NCBI GenBank assembly: GCA_964016885.1
Contig: OZ024742.1
Location: forward strand, 302,498,001 to 302,562,000
Reading direction: 5' to 3'
DNA from: Eledone cirrhosa
Taxonomy: Eukaryota
DNA: 64,000 nt
The notes below the pieces were generated by a model. That model searched no databases. It was not told the origin of the DNA and was given only the letters and a program-made list of their open reading frames with translations. A program made the position numbers and the translations under genes. Position 1 is the first letter of the stretch; every line of letters starts with the position of its first letter. Positions 31,001 through 43,429 of this stretch are shown one piece after another.

Positions 31001-31400
31001 TGATAATTATTTTATAGGAAATATAAAACAAACAAAACAGAGATCAGCCACAGCAGTACTCTTAGCACATATCTGTGTTTACCAAGTATATATATATGTA
31101 TATGTACTTGGTAAACACAGATCTGTGCTAAGAGTACTGCTGTGGCTGATCTCTGGTTTGTTTGTTTTATAGACAGTCCCATCGATCACTTTGGGGGCTC
31201 CAGCTAGAAATAACAATCAGATTCCCTTGCAAAAAATAAAGACATTGTATAAATATAGAGACCAGCCACAACAGTACTCTTAGCACATATCTGTGTTTAT
31301 CAAGTATATATATACTTGGTAAACACAGATCTGTGGTAAGAGTACTGCTGTGGCTGATCTCTGTTTTGTTTGTTTTATATTTCCTATAAAATAATTATCA
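31001..31400. repeat. Double fold-back structure (hairpins at about 31024-31170 and 31257-31352 inside an outer inverted repeat)
   Basis: Four alternating-orientation copies of CAGCCACA.CAGTACTCTTA.CACA.ATCTGTGTTTA.CAAGTA. Confidence 0.85.
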
Positions 31401-31699
31401 GTCATGCATTGAGACATGTTTAATCGACTATATAACTTTTGCTACAAATCTGTGACTATTTCTCCGAGCAGAATACATATCAATATTGTGTTTCTCACAA
31501 ACAAAACAAAACACAACAAATAAACAAAACAAATAGCAAAACAAAATAAGTTGCGAAGTAAAATACATGCATTTTCCTGCAGCCTTACTGTAAACATCAT
31601 CATCATTATGACCAAGATCATGATCATGACCATCGTCATGATCATCATGATCACCATGACCATCATCTATGTTGGTACGGGATTGCCGAAGATCGTCGC

Positions 31700-31935
31700 T
31701 CAACATGGTTTCATGTGGCGAATGAAAGTGGGACGAGTGGAAAACTTCATGGACGGGACACCAACCCATCGTAAGGTTAAACCCCAGTTACTATTGGTAC
31801 TCAATTTCAGCCGAGTGGAGTCAGGCAACGTAAAATGAAAAGCCTTTCTCAAGGTCACAGTGCACTACTGGGTCCTGGCATCTAATCAACAACCGTATGA
31901 TCGTGAGACCAACATACTAACCACTAAGCTACCCA
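31700..31935 (-). mobile_element. CORE-type tRNA SINE (other diverged SINE remnants at about 27330-27535, 49670-49850, 55600-55790)
   Basis: Minus strand: TAGCTTAGTGGTTAG A box, CACGATC, TGTGACCTTGAGAAAGGC core-like motif. Confidence 0.65.
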
Positions 31936-33088
31936 TCTTTAACTTTAATAGCAATAAAAGAAATCTGATAATTTACCATTTATATAAGTGACATATAGAG
32001 CGTCGATTTAACAGACTCGTTAGAGGCTTGGATATTTGTTAATGTGAGTTCAAATCCCGTCGTGGTCTAATTTGCCTTCTATCCTCTCGGGCTCGATAAA
32101 GAACGTAGTAGCATCATGCTGTCATATCCTACATTTTCTTATGGATAAACAAGGGAAGGTCAAGAGGGTGTCTGTGTCAGCACGTTATGACATGGACACA
32201 TAAACTTAATAGGAAAAACATGTTACATGCTACCAGGTCATGAAGGATTGAAAGTAACGTTTGTATTCTTTTAGATGATATAACGTTATCAAAATTTCCA
32301 CATCAAAGTAAGAAAAAATATATTTTCTATTCTAGAGCAACTTCGAAATCAAATTCCTCGTTTCATAATCGGAGACGGCTTGCAAGATTAAAATAACCCC
32401 AGCTATATAACTATATCTAATTTCTATTTCCTAGTCCTATTACCGTTAGCAGGCAAAGAAAGTTTTATAAAAGTTGCTGGATTCAAATACCTTGCGGCCA
32501 GTACAATCTATTTACAGGTTGAAAATAAAATGGCTTCCTCCCCTGTTGGAAACTTTTGTGTTAGTCGGTCCATGCTATTTTATTGCCTACCTAAATGAAG
32601 GTCAAAATGTTAGAAATATGTAACTAATTCAAATATATATTCATGAGATAACTGTATAGAGATTTCTTATTGAATACAAATATAAATATAAAAGTCGATA
32701 AACAAAAAGAATGAATACACATTATTATAGCCCATATATTTCAAGGAAACGCGTATGCATTCATACGCACATACATACATACATTCATACATATATACAT
32801 ACATACATACATACATACAACCATCCTTCTATCCACCCATACATATATACGAACCTACGGACATACATATATGGATGAAGATACATATATAAATAAATGT
32901 ATATATACATATGTATGTATATATATATATATATATATACACACCTACATATGTATGTATGCGTATATATATATATACATACACATATGTATGTATGTAT
33001 TTATCTATGTATGTGTGTATATATATATATATATGTATATTATATATATATATATATTAGATATATATATATGCGTACATATATATGT

Positions 33089-33153
<65 letters not shown>

Positions 33154-33247
33154 AACATATATTTATGTATATATATACATATATATTCGTATATATATAT
33201 ATATATATCATATATATATATATCATGTATCATATATACATACATAT

Positions 33248-33327
<80 letters not shown>

Positions 33328-33394
33328 TATTATATGGATTTTAGTCTTCAAATTTATTATTATTACTATATATATATATAAATATATATATATT

Positions 33395-33425
<31 letters not shown>

Positions 33426-33514
33426 ATATAAAAGGTAAACAGAAATAACAACACAATCGGTACAGTATATGGAAGGGATATATTAGACTAACGCTTGATA
33501 TAGCAGGAAGAGGG

Positions 33515-33548
33515 TCTTTACGTTTCGGACTAGTTCTTCATCAGAAGA
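33515..33548 (-). ncRNA. Minimal hammerhead ribozyme in a PLE-type 3' end (33430-33600)
   Basis: Minus strand: tctt CTGATGA agaactagtcc GAAA cg TA aaga. Related 3' ends at 15372-15423 and 58840-58905. Confidence 0.65.
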
Positions 33549-33672
33549 AAGAATGAGAAATAAAATAGATTGAGGGGACGGGCGGGATGGAATTGGAAAA
33601 AATGTCTTTAGATAAAAATAACAGGTCAATTCATGTTGACATCTCTTGCTGTAATTATATGTGTATGTGTGA

Positions 33673-33703
<31 letters not shown>

Positions 33704-33761
33704 TGTATGTATGTATGTATGTTTGTATGTATGTATGTATGTATGTATGTATGTATGTATA

Positions 33762-36700
33762 TGTTTTCTCTTTCTCTTAATTTTGAGTATATTTTTTTGA
33801 CCGGCCACCTTCCTGGTGGCAAGGTTGTAAAAGAAAAGAAATTGTCATCCCTTGAATCGCAAGAATGTTTTGCAAATTTTGAAGGTGCCAGCTGTCGCAG
33901 CCATTTGTAGACTATGAATTAGGGAGCTGCGCTTTTTGTCCGCAAATCCAAGTTCAGTCATACTTTGGTCCAAGCGGGTTGGTATATAACCCGTAGCACC
34001 AATAATGATGGGTATGAAGCTAAAGGTGTATCTTGGATACTGGATTTGTAAACTCCTCATCAATGGTCCGTAGATGTCCTCCTTCTCCTGTATTTTTCTG
34101 ACAACGTTTACATCAAGTGGGCAGCTGATCTCCACAACAGAACACGTTTTCAATGTGTGGTCCCAAACTACAATATCAGGCCGGTTGTGCTTTAATCTGG
34201 TGGCAGTTTTTATTTTCAGGTTCCACCAGTATTCCTTAGTGCCATCTGTCTCAATATATTCTTCCTCGTTTGTTGTTAATTTTGTTTTCCGAAGTGCGTT
34301 CCAGATGGTTCTAGCTATCCCATCGTGTCTCATGGGGAGGTAGTAGCGAGATGACATTCTTTCGCAGCTGGCAACAATGTGGCTTACATCCTCGATCTTT
34401 GTTTTACATAGCCTACATTTATTGTCAGCTGCTGGCCCTCCTCTTTTGTGCAGCAGATATTTGGTAGGGAGTTCTTGTTCCTGTATTGCATAGAGATATC
34501 CCTCAAGGTGTGATGTCATAAACTTGTCGGAACTCCATGCCAGGCTTTTTGAGTGGTTTATCCCCTCTATGGTCTGTGTTTTACGCCTCAAGTATCCATG
34601 CACAACTTTTTCTGTAAATTGGTCAATTTTTTTTTCTTGTTTGAACATTGAATAGGATCTTCCGATTTCTCTGGGTGAGAGATTTATATCGGGCTTTATT
34701 CCATATCTCTCCTCCAGATCAGTCGCTATTCTAATGATATTTCTTTTTTCATGGTCATAAACCTGGGCAAGATGGTTGCCAACCTTTTTCCTCTGTTGAA
34801 GGTGTTGCTTCAGTGTCACTATCCGGGTCTCATATGTTGTTAATATTGATTTTAGACCCCGGCCACCTTCCTTGCGTGAGAAGTATAGCCTATCCACATC
34901 ACCATTGATGTTAAAGTTCCCAGTAACACTGAGAAGTTTTCGAGTTCTAACATCCATCTCACTTAGTTCTTGCAATGACCAGTTCAGTAGGCCAAATGTT
35001 GGCGTTAGAATTGGCACAGCATAAGTATTGTGGGCAATGTATTTGTTGTATGCTGACAGTTCTGATGACCATATTTTCTTTACTATTCTGAGGTATTCAG
35101 TTCTGGTTTTCTCCTTATTTATGGGTCCATCATATCTGACATTCTCATCCTGTCCAAGATATCTGTAGTTGTCACCTGACTGCAGAGGTTGTATTGTCAG
35201 GCCGTTCATCTCTAGATTTCTAGAGGAGGGCACAGCTCTTCCACGTTTTACTGCCAAATATGCACACTTGGACTCACCAAATTTCATTTTGATGTCGGTT
35301 GAAAATTGTGTAATGAGGTCCAATTGTTTCTTGATGTCATTGATATTTGGCCCATACAACTTCAGGTCATCAACAAAGAAAAGATGGGAGATACTTCTGG
35401 TCCCACTTCTTTGTCGACCTTGTTTCCTGAGTAGGTAAGATAGTGGATTCAGTGAGAGAACGAAGAGTAGCACCGACAAGCTATCACCCTGAAAGATGCC
35501 CTTCTGGTAATGTATCTTATCAGTCCTAACCTGCTCCTTCTCACCTCTAAGGATCAAACTGGTGTACCAGTTCTTGGTCAGGCGTTCAACAGCAGCTACC
35601 AATGGTTGTGGGACTTTAGCTAACTGTAAAGCCTTAACAATCCACCCATGAGGTACACTATCAAATGCTTTTTGATAGTCCAGCCACACGACAGTCATGT
35701 TTCTGCGATTCTTTGTTGTTTTTTCCTGAATCATTTTGTTAGTTAGTAGGTGATCTATGCAACCCCACACCTCCCTCTTTCCACCAGCTTGCTCAGGTGT
35801 TATGATGTTGTTGGTAGCACAGTGATCCTGTAAGAACAGGTTAAGGCACCCAGTATATAATTTATACATGATGTTTTGGCAGGCAATTGGGCGGTAATTT
35901 TTAGCAAGGGTGGTTTGGCTATTTTTGGGAATGAGGAGAGTAGAGGCAGTTGATAACCATCTGGGCAGTTCTTGTGTGCCCTTAATGGTTTCTGTAAACA
36001 GCCGTATGAGATCTTGCCGATAGAAAGTGAAATTCTTCAACCAGTATCCTGTAATGAGGTCTGGGCCTGGCGATTTCCTATTCGACATTTTCTGTAGAGC
36101 TGTTTCCAGTATTGACCCATCTATGTCATATTGTTTTGTCTGGACATGTTGGCAGTAGTCCTGTTCCAGTTCTTTTAGCCAATTAGCTTGTCTGTTGAAT
36201 CCGTCATCCGTTTCCCATACAGATCTCCAGTAGCTCTCAACCTGTTCTTTTGAAGGGGTGTCATTTACAGAGATTGAGCTTTTGCCACCGAAGCTGCGAT
36301 AAACTGATTTAGGATCTCTGGCAAACAATCTATTTAGCACTTGTCGTTTATGTGCTGTTGACTTATATTTTAGTCTTTCTGTTGTAGCTGTGAGTTGTTG
36401 TTTCAACTGGTGTAATTTGGAGTTCAAAGTTTTAAATTTTGTATCTCCAAATCTTCTCTCTAACTTTTTCTTTAGGTCTTCCTGGTGTTGTGTGAAGTTG
36501 CTCTCTATGTTGCATTTCATAACGACTGCGATGTGTGAGATACTTCGTCTCAGGGACAAAATTTTGGTTTTTAAATTTCGCATCCACGCTGGTTCAGGCT
36601 TTCTGTTTGTATCTTGATTGCGTGGTTTTAGATGTGTGTTATATGCTAGCAATGTGACAGCTGAAACATATAACAAAACATTAAGCGTTTCAAATGTCGT

Positions 36701-37789
36701 TTCTACACCTTTAGATCGTATAGCCTTCAGATAATTGCCAGCTATTTCGTTCACCGCTTCCAATTCCAATTTAGTGGGTTCTTTACTGACTCTAGTGTTG
36801 TATGGTCTGTCACTCACATTAAGGCTGTGTATCTCTTGAAACATATCATTCCATATCACTTGTAGGGAGCCCACAAGTTTTTGGTGCTCTGTTTGTTCAG
36901 TAGAGTCATGAATTTCAGCCTCGTTGTTGATGTGGTGACAATTACTACTAGAGTCAGCTGACCTTTCTCGCTGTTCTTCAGTGGAAGTGGGATGAATTTC
37001 AGCAAAATTGTTGGTGAGCTGTTCACTGTTAGATTTAGCCGGCCATTCTCTTTGTCTGTCAGTGGAGGTGGGGTGGTTGTCTACAAGGGCTGTATTTGTA
37101 GTATCACTCGATTCCGTTAGATGTATCAATTTACATCTAATGATACGTTTTGCCTGTTCATTTAAATGCTTTGGAGAAAAGTCTAATTCTGGGTGTTTGG
37201 AGTTCCATAAAGTTTTTAGCCTTTGCATAAAACCGAACTTTTGGGGTTCAGATTGTTTGTATGCTTCATATAATACTTTGTTAAACTCGTAGGTCCACTG
37301 TGTACAACGGTTGTAATTGCGATTTGGTCAAAGGAGACTTGTACTTTTTGCCATGATGAGTTCGTCCATTCACTAATATTTCGTATTTATTTTTCAAAAT
37401 AGTCGATGATCTTCTTTAAAAGTTACGACAAAGTTCTGTCAGAATCAAATTTAAAGTTATTCACAGCTTGAGTAATATTTCTTTTCAGTTAGTTTTTAAT
37501 TCTACAACTGTGTTTTATATAAATGTAATATTTCTTTATAAATGTAATATAACAACGTTGCATTTATATGTTAAAGTGTATGTATCGTTCATATATCATA
37601 AGTGTATGTATCGTTCATATAAATAGGTGTTTTACAACATACTTACAGTTCAAACATTTATGTAGAATTATTGTATGTAATCTTACCGCGTAATGTAGCT
37701 CAACTTTTTCCAATATATGGTATGTTGCCTTCATGTAAGCCGTAATTACACACGTCCGATTATCGGACACTGACCACAACGGTCGCCAT

Positions 37790-37790
<1 letters not shown>
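33762..37790 (-). mobile_element. Apparently full-length R4/Dong-like non-LTR retrotransposon (family 2) inserted in (ATGT)n
   Basis: 5' UTR of about 420 bp, RT-RLE ORF and an 83-bp 3' UTR. (ATGT)n on both sides (33674-33763, 37791-37911). Confidence 0.95.
33845..37228 (-). CDS. Reverse transcriptase / CCHC / restriction-like endonuclease polyprotein (1127 aa; the frame extends upstream to a TGA at 37328-37330)
   Basis: KSPGPD, YRPIAC, KAFDSVPH, QGDSLS, FFVDDLKL, CRLC..EDVSHIVASC, RHD, RPDIVV..EISCP. Confidence 0.93.
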   Translation of the reverse strand: MQRLKTLWNSKHPELDFSPKHLNEQAKRIIRCKLIHLTESSDTTNTALVDNHPTSTDRQREWPAKSNSEQLTNNFAEIHPTSTEEQRERSADSSSNCHHINNEAEIHDSTEQTEHQKLVGSLQVIWNDMFQEIHSLNVSDRPYNTRVSKEPTKLELEAVNEIAGNYLKAIRSKGVETTFETLNVLLYVSAVTLLAYNTHLKPRNQDTNRKPEPAWMRNLKTKILSLRRSISHIAVVMKCNIESNFTQHQEDLKKKLERRFGDTKFKTLNSKLHQLKQQLTATTERLKYKSTAHKRQVLNRLFARDPKSVYRSFGGKSSISVNDTPSKEQVESYWRSVWETDDGFNRQANWLKELEQDYCQHVQTKQYDIDGSILETALQKMSNRKSPGPDLITGYWLKNFTFYRQDLIRLFTETIKGTQELPRWLSTASTLLIPKNSQTTLAKNYRPIACQNIMYKLYTGCLNLFLQDHCATNNIITPEQAGGKREVWGCIDHLLTNKMIQEKTTKNRRNMTVVWLDYQKAFDSVPHGWIVKALQLAKVPQPLVAAVERLTKNWYTSLILRGEKEQVRTDKIHYQKGIFQGDSLSVLLFVLSLNPLSYLLRKQGRQRSGTRSISHLFFVDDLKLYGPNINDIKKQLDLITQFSTDIKMKFGESKCAYLAVKRGRAVPSSRNLEMNGLTIQPLQSGDNYRYLGQDENVRYDGPINKEKTRTEYLRIVKKIWSSELSAYNKYIAHNTYAVPILTPTFGLLNWSLQELSEMDVRTRKLLSVTGNFNINGDVDRLYFSRKEGGRGLKSILTTYETRIVTLKQHLQQRKKVGNHLAQVYDHEKRNIIRIATDLEERYGIKPDINLSPREIGRSYSMFKQEKKIDQFTEKVVHGYLRRKTQTIEGINHSKSLAWSSDKFMTSHLEGYLYAIQEQELPTKYLLHKRGGPAADNKCRLCKTKIEDVSHIVASCERMSSRYYLPMRHDGIARTIWNALRKTKLTTNEEEYIETDGTKEYWWNLKIKTATRLKHNRPDIVVWDHTLKTCSVVEISCPLDVNVVRKIQEKEDIYGPLMRSLQIQYPRYTFSFIPIIIGATGYIPTRLDQSMTELGFADKKRSSLIHSLQMAATAGTFKICKTFLRFKG

Positions 37791-37821
<31 letters not shown>

Positions 37822-37910
37822 TGTATGTATGTATGTATGTATGTATGTATGTATGTATGCATGTATGTATGTATGTATGTATGTATGTATGTACGTGCGT
37901 ATGTATGTAT

Positions 37911-40177
37911 GTTATTCAGGTTTTATAATTTCACAAATTGTTTCCCAATAGAGAGAGAGACTCTCTCATTGGAATTTACACAACATCAACTAGGTAGATA
38001 TGTATGTATGCATGTGTAGATATGGATGTTATTTTATGTGTGGATGTGGATGTTTTGAGTTGTTTGTGTGCATGTGTATATGCTTAGTATCTGTACATGT
38101 GTATATGCAGTTATTAGATGCAAAATGTTTGGAATGTTTTACATATTTTTACTGTTCCATTAATGGATTGTACTTGTAATTTCCTAACTAGTTGTGTTCT
38201 TTCTGTTCCTGTCAAGCCTAGCTTCTCAAGATTTGTATTGAGGCAGTTGCTAACATATCCCAGTGCCCCGACAATCACAGGCATAAATCTGAAGGTGTAA
38301 TCAGGGTGGAGTATCTGCAGATTTCTCGTCAGTTCTGCATAAATATTCTCCTTTTCATTAATCTTTGATATTATATTGGCATCTGCTGGGCAGCTAATTT
38401 CCACTACTGTGTATGTTTTCTTCTCCATGTCCCATATCATAATATCTGGTCTGTTATGCATGCATTTTATTGGGGTTTTTACTGGAACATTCCACCAGTA
38501 ATCTTTCATATTATGTACATGGATGTCTTCCACATTGCTGTACCTTTTAATGTGTTTATTATCAGGGCTATCTTTTTTTAAGAACTGCATCGTAAAGTGT
38601 TTTGGCCACTACATCATGCCTCATAGGTAGATAGTACCGCGATGACATCTTTGGACAGCTGCTGATGACATGGGTGATATCCTCGATGTTAGTTCTGCAG
38701 AGTCTGCACTTGTTATCACATCTAGGTGTTTTGCCTGCATCCCTATCTCTTTTGTGAATCAGGTATTTCGTGCTAATCTCCTGTTCCTGGATTGCAAAAG
38801 CGTATCCTTCAAAGTGGGAGCCAATATAGCGGTTGTTGGTCCAAGATAGACTACTTTCCTTATCTATATTACTCTCACTCTGGAGCTTCCTGGTTTTTTG
38901 CTGATAGGCATGCAGTTTTTCATCCATGGATTCACTGCGATACTGCTGAGCGACTTCCCTGGGTGTGAGTTTTTGATTATCACACAGGGAATATCTCTCA
39001 AGGAGTTCCTTCCCAACTCTCATGATCTTATCTGTTTCATGCAGATTGACTTGCTCGAGAAACGGGCTCCTACGCTTCGAGGTTCGTAGATGTTGTCGGA
39101 GAGATATGATGCGACATTCAAATGTTCTCTGGACTAATGTTAGGCCTCTGCCTCCCTGCTTACGTTTCAAGTAAAGGCAGTCGGTCTATGTCACTGTTGA
39201 TGTAGAAGTTTCCGGTGTTGTTCAGTATTTTTCGAGTTCCAACATCAACTGCTCAGATTTCGTCTATCGTCCAATTGAGTATTCCAAACGTTGGTGTTAG
39301 GACAGGCACAGCAAACACATTGTGAGCCACTGTTTTGTTTTGCGCAGAGAGTTCCGATGACCAGATCTTTCTTAATTGGGTGTAGTATTCCCTGGTTACG
39401 CGTTCTTTATTACAGATACCATTATAGGATATGTTCTCATCTATCCCCAGGTATCTGTAGCAGTCCTCATCAGATATCGGTGAAACAGTTAGACCATTGA
39501 TGACAATGTTGCTAGATTGGGTTGTTGTTTTTCCCCGCTTTACAGTCATGTATGAGCATTTATCTTGGCCAAACTCCATTCCTATATCCTTTGAGAACGT
39601 TGTAACCAGGTCAAGATTTTTCTTCAACCCATCCATGTTCTTGGCATAGAGTTTTAGATTGTCCACAAATAAATTATGGGTTAGGTTCGCATTTCTGTCC
39701 TCCTGTGAGCCAATGATGTATCCCTCACATTTCTTGAGCAGAAAGGACAAGGGGTTTAATTACAAGATGAATAATGTCACAGAGAGACTGTCCCCCTGAA
39801 ATATACCGCTGCAATATTTTATTTTATCAGTGAAAATAGAGTCCTCCCTCTCTGTCTTTAACCTTAGGATAGTAGCCCAAGAAGAAGACAGCCTCTCTAT
39901 GGCTCTGACAATAATGTCTGGGACTTTAGCAAGTTGGAGGGCCTCTATCATCCAAAAGTGGGGAACAGAATCGAAAGCTTTCCTGTAGTCCAGCCAGACT
40001 GTAGCCATATTCCTCCTAAGTTGACGCACCTCCGACATCGCAGTTTTGTTGATTATGAGTTGTTCAGCACATCCCCAAACCCCTTTCTTTCCAGCTGCTT
40101 GTTCATCTGTGATGATGTTATTATTTTCACAGTGATCTTGGAGGAATAGGGTCAGGCAGGCTGTATACATCTTATAC

Positions 40178-40178
<1 letters not shown>
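37911..40178 (-). mobile_element. 5'-truncated, decayed R4-like element (family 3), also bounded by (ATGT)n
   Basis: ORF fragments 39760-40179, 39253-39750, 38568-39170 and 38114-38590 are homologous to family 2 but diverged (FVDNLKL, CRLC..HVISSC, RHD, RPDIMI..EISCP). Confidence 0.92.
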
Positions 40179-40208
<30 letters not shown>

Positions 40209-40290
40209 TGTATGTATGTATGTATGTATGTATGTATGTATGTATGTGTGTATGTATGTATGTATGTATGTATGTATGTATGTATCTGTG

Positions 40291-40333
<43 letters not shown>

Positions 40334-41583
40334 TTAAGGATACTATTTATGGTTATGTATATACTAAAACCTTTTATAGTTATATATATTTTAAACCCTA
40401 AATAGTTCTTTACAATGAATTATGTACAGGCGATGTATGAGTTATAAATACATGTATGACTTGATGGTCAGATTTGTGTCTTAGTGAGTGAGAATTGATC
40501 TCTGGACTACCCTAGTGATATTTAACTTTGCCATGCAATCAGACATGCAATGACCCAGAGCTTACCAGGAGTCATATATAGAAGTGATTCTAATAAGACC
40601 CTGCCAGGTTCTGCGGGTGGACTACACTTACAAAGATCATTGATTTGGAGATCTGACTCTTCATGTAGAATATTCGGTTGTGGCACTCTATGATAGAAGG
40701 TAATCATCCTAATATGAACACCTTTAGTACTTCTTGATAGACTACACTGTAATTTATAGATAAGATACTTAAATTTAGAAATTGTTTATAACCTTATATG
40801 ACAGGGACTCATTTGAGACACCATTAATGTACTTTAGGATAATAAATTTAGCTCTAGAAATCAGCTAGTTACCTCCCCTTACGCATTAACTCCCCTTAAT
40901 CACACACACACTTCCGGAATATAATACGATGTCAACTCTCACAACAAAAACAACCTGCTCTATATAATCGAATTAGAGAACGACAAGCTGTGATGTTCTA
41001 GCATGGTTCACCAGGCACCCAATGTTGAATCATCGTGGATTGTGTGATGGACATGTAGTCTATAAATTGCGTTTCCTGGATTGTGAGAGTGGTGGTGTGT
41101 GCGAGGACAGTGGTGCTGTTTTGCTTCTCATTTGTAATATTTTTGATATTTTTGGTGTTTCTCTACACACGGGCTTCTATATCGTACAGGTGTGTGTGAA
41201 AAATGCTTTACCAGTACAGCCCCCATGATGCTCTTGATAGCCTGCTTTGACTGCTTGTTTTACATGTAACATTCTGCCGTATGTAACATCTTGTATAAAT
41301 AGGACACGCGTGCATGCCTCACGTGTGACTGTTGCATACACTGGCTACTCCAAATTTTCCTCTTGCTTTATCTTCGTAAACTGCCAATGTTTTATTTTAA
41401 TTTTAATTTTAATTTTAATTTTAACTTTAATTTTGTCCTTTAATATGACTTTAATCTTTGTATGTAAATTGCCATGCTGTATTATTATAATGGATGTCAA
41501 CCCACTGTGGGTCAATATATACATATGTTTCTATATGTCTCTTGTGTTGAAAAGGAGGTCAAGTATGTATAATTGCTGAATAA

Positions 41584-41632
41584 TTGCTCCGAAGACACCA
41601 AACCTCGGTTTGGAAGAAACAATTGTAAGCAA
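41584..41632 (+). ncRNA. Hammerhead ribozyme, U4C variant
   Basis: ttgct CCGAAGA ca-ccaaac-ctcg-gtttgg-aa GAAA caattg TA agcaa. Confidence 0.72.
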
Positions 41633-41665
41633 ATAAATGATTTAATCAGAACTTTGATTCATGTA

Positions 41666-41792
<127 letters not shown>

Positions 41793-41889
41793 TTGTCAAA
41801 TCTCTTTCGTTATGCATTCTGTGATATCCTCAGCGACTACTGTTGTTGTTTTTTTGTGTTTTTACTTTGTTCAGGTTTTTACCATCTTG

Positions 41890-43260
41890 GTAAGATGGTA
41901 GAAAAATCAGGCATTTCCATAAAAGCTCTGATTAGTAGAACTTACTCTTTGAAGAAAACTCCCTGCACCGATCTTCTTCTTATCGTGTCCTCAAGAGTGT
42001 CAGTTAGAAAGCTTGGATTGATGTGGTTCCGCCACAGCTGAACACATTGTTGTCCTTTCTCATAAACTCTGCCAAGTCCAATGCCGTGCAGGGTGTTCCA
42101 GCAGGGGGCATATCAGGAGGTGCTGCGTAGTCTGTGGTTCGATGCTACAGTCAGACACAACATCCCATTCTTTAAATATCTCCATTTTGCAAGATTGACT
42201 TTTGCACGTCCAACACCAGATCTTAGTCTGTTGAGGCATTTCCACACTGCATAGTTTGCAGTGCCTCGCTCGCCTTTAGCTCCATTGTTGTTACAGATGG
42301 GAAGTTTTTAAGTTTTTGTTCCCAGCGAGTGACTCCAAAGTCTCTGTCAACCAAGTTGCTACCCAATTGCTAGAGAATGGAAAGAGTGGAAAGAGAGTGA
42401 ATAAGATCAAACTAAACCACAAGAAATACACTGCGGATCTTGCTTTTACAAGACCGTTTATCATAGAAGAGGTAAAAGAGGTTGAAGCAGGAATCTCTTC
42501 CCTCAAACTAGGAAAGGCAGTTGGACTGGATAACATCGCAACCGAACAGATCAAGCACTTTGGTCACAAGACAAAGATGTGGCTTCTACAGCTTTACATT
42601 GAGCGCTTGACAACATACAAGCTCCTCAACATCTGGAAGAAAGCTCACATTATAGCACTGCTGAAACCTAGGAAAGATTTATCCGCTCCTAAGAACTTCT
42701 GACCCTTCTCACTTTTGAGTCACACCTACAAGCTCTTTGAACGTCTGATCCTCAACAGAAGCGGCCCCTTTGTGGACGAACACCTCATCCCTGCACCGAT
42801 AGAAAATATATAGTTTGTAGATTAAGCCCACAGATTAACTGTAAAACTAAGAGCGTAGTATATAGCGTAAGATGTACGGAGGAACGGTGTGGGAATAAGA
42901 ACACGACGTATATACGACCCGTAGCATAGGGGAGACGGTGAGTCTTCCCGTAGTATAGGAGAAAGGATTAAAGAACACTGGCGAGAACTCCAAGACGATA
43001 AAAACTCATCAGTACTCTACCAGCATGCCAGAATGGAACATGGAGGCTCACTAGAGAACATCGAGTTAAAAAATTATATCTAAACACAGAACAAACGCAA
43101 TGCTCCAACAGATTACCGAAGCAGCAAACATAAAGGAACACCGACCAAATAGAAAGTACGAGTGGAGTAGTAACAAGCTCACAACGTCGTTATTAAGCTT
43201 AATATAAAGATACACATGAACAAAAATAATAAAATAAAGAGACCCTTTTCCTGGTACACA
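41890..43260 (+). mobile_element. PLE GIY-YIG 3' fragment interrupted by a LINE
   Basis: EKSGISIK..KTPCTD|RKYIVC..NCKTKSVVYSVRC..C..YI..GET..SIGERIKEH..SSVLYQHA..H..QITEA..NRKYEW. The reading frame is continuous across the insertion. Confidence 0.8.
41973..42787 (-). mobile_element. Vingi/Ingi-like LINE with 5' inversion and a 13-bp TSD
   Basis: TSD TCCCTGCACCGAT at 41960-41972 and 42788-42800. Minus-strand 3' end (WKCLNRLRSGVGR..QTTQHLLICP, tail GACACGATAAGAAGAAG). Plus-strand RT piece 42316-42787 (GKAVGLD, WKKAHIIALLKP, SLLSHTYKLFERLI). Confidence 0.82.
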
Positions 43261-43429
43261 CATGAACAGACACACAGACACATAGACATACAGACACACA
43301 CATACACACACACATATATATATACATTAAGCGCCGAAACATCTATGATCTCGGTTTACAGCTGCTGAAGGATTTCTTCTCTTGTTTCGTCCATACTACC
43401 ATCTTAAACTTTGTTTACAGTAACCACAC

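Noticed and set aside
37700-37790. HDV-like ribozyme at the 5' end of the full-length R4-like element
   Set aside because: Expected from related clades, but I could not identify the nested pseudoknot by eye. Only a simple hairpin (GTCCGATAATCGGAC) is evident.
40500-40830. Possible decayed CR1/L2-type RT on the minus strand
   Set aside because: Only a vague resemblance; no intact motif.
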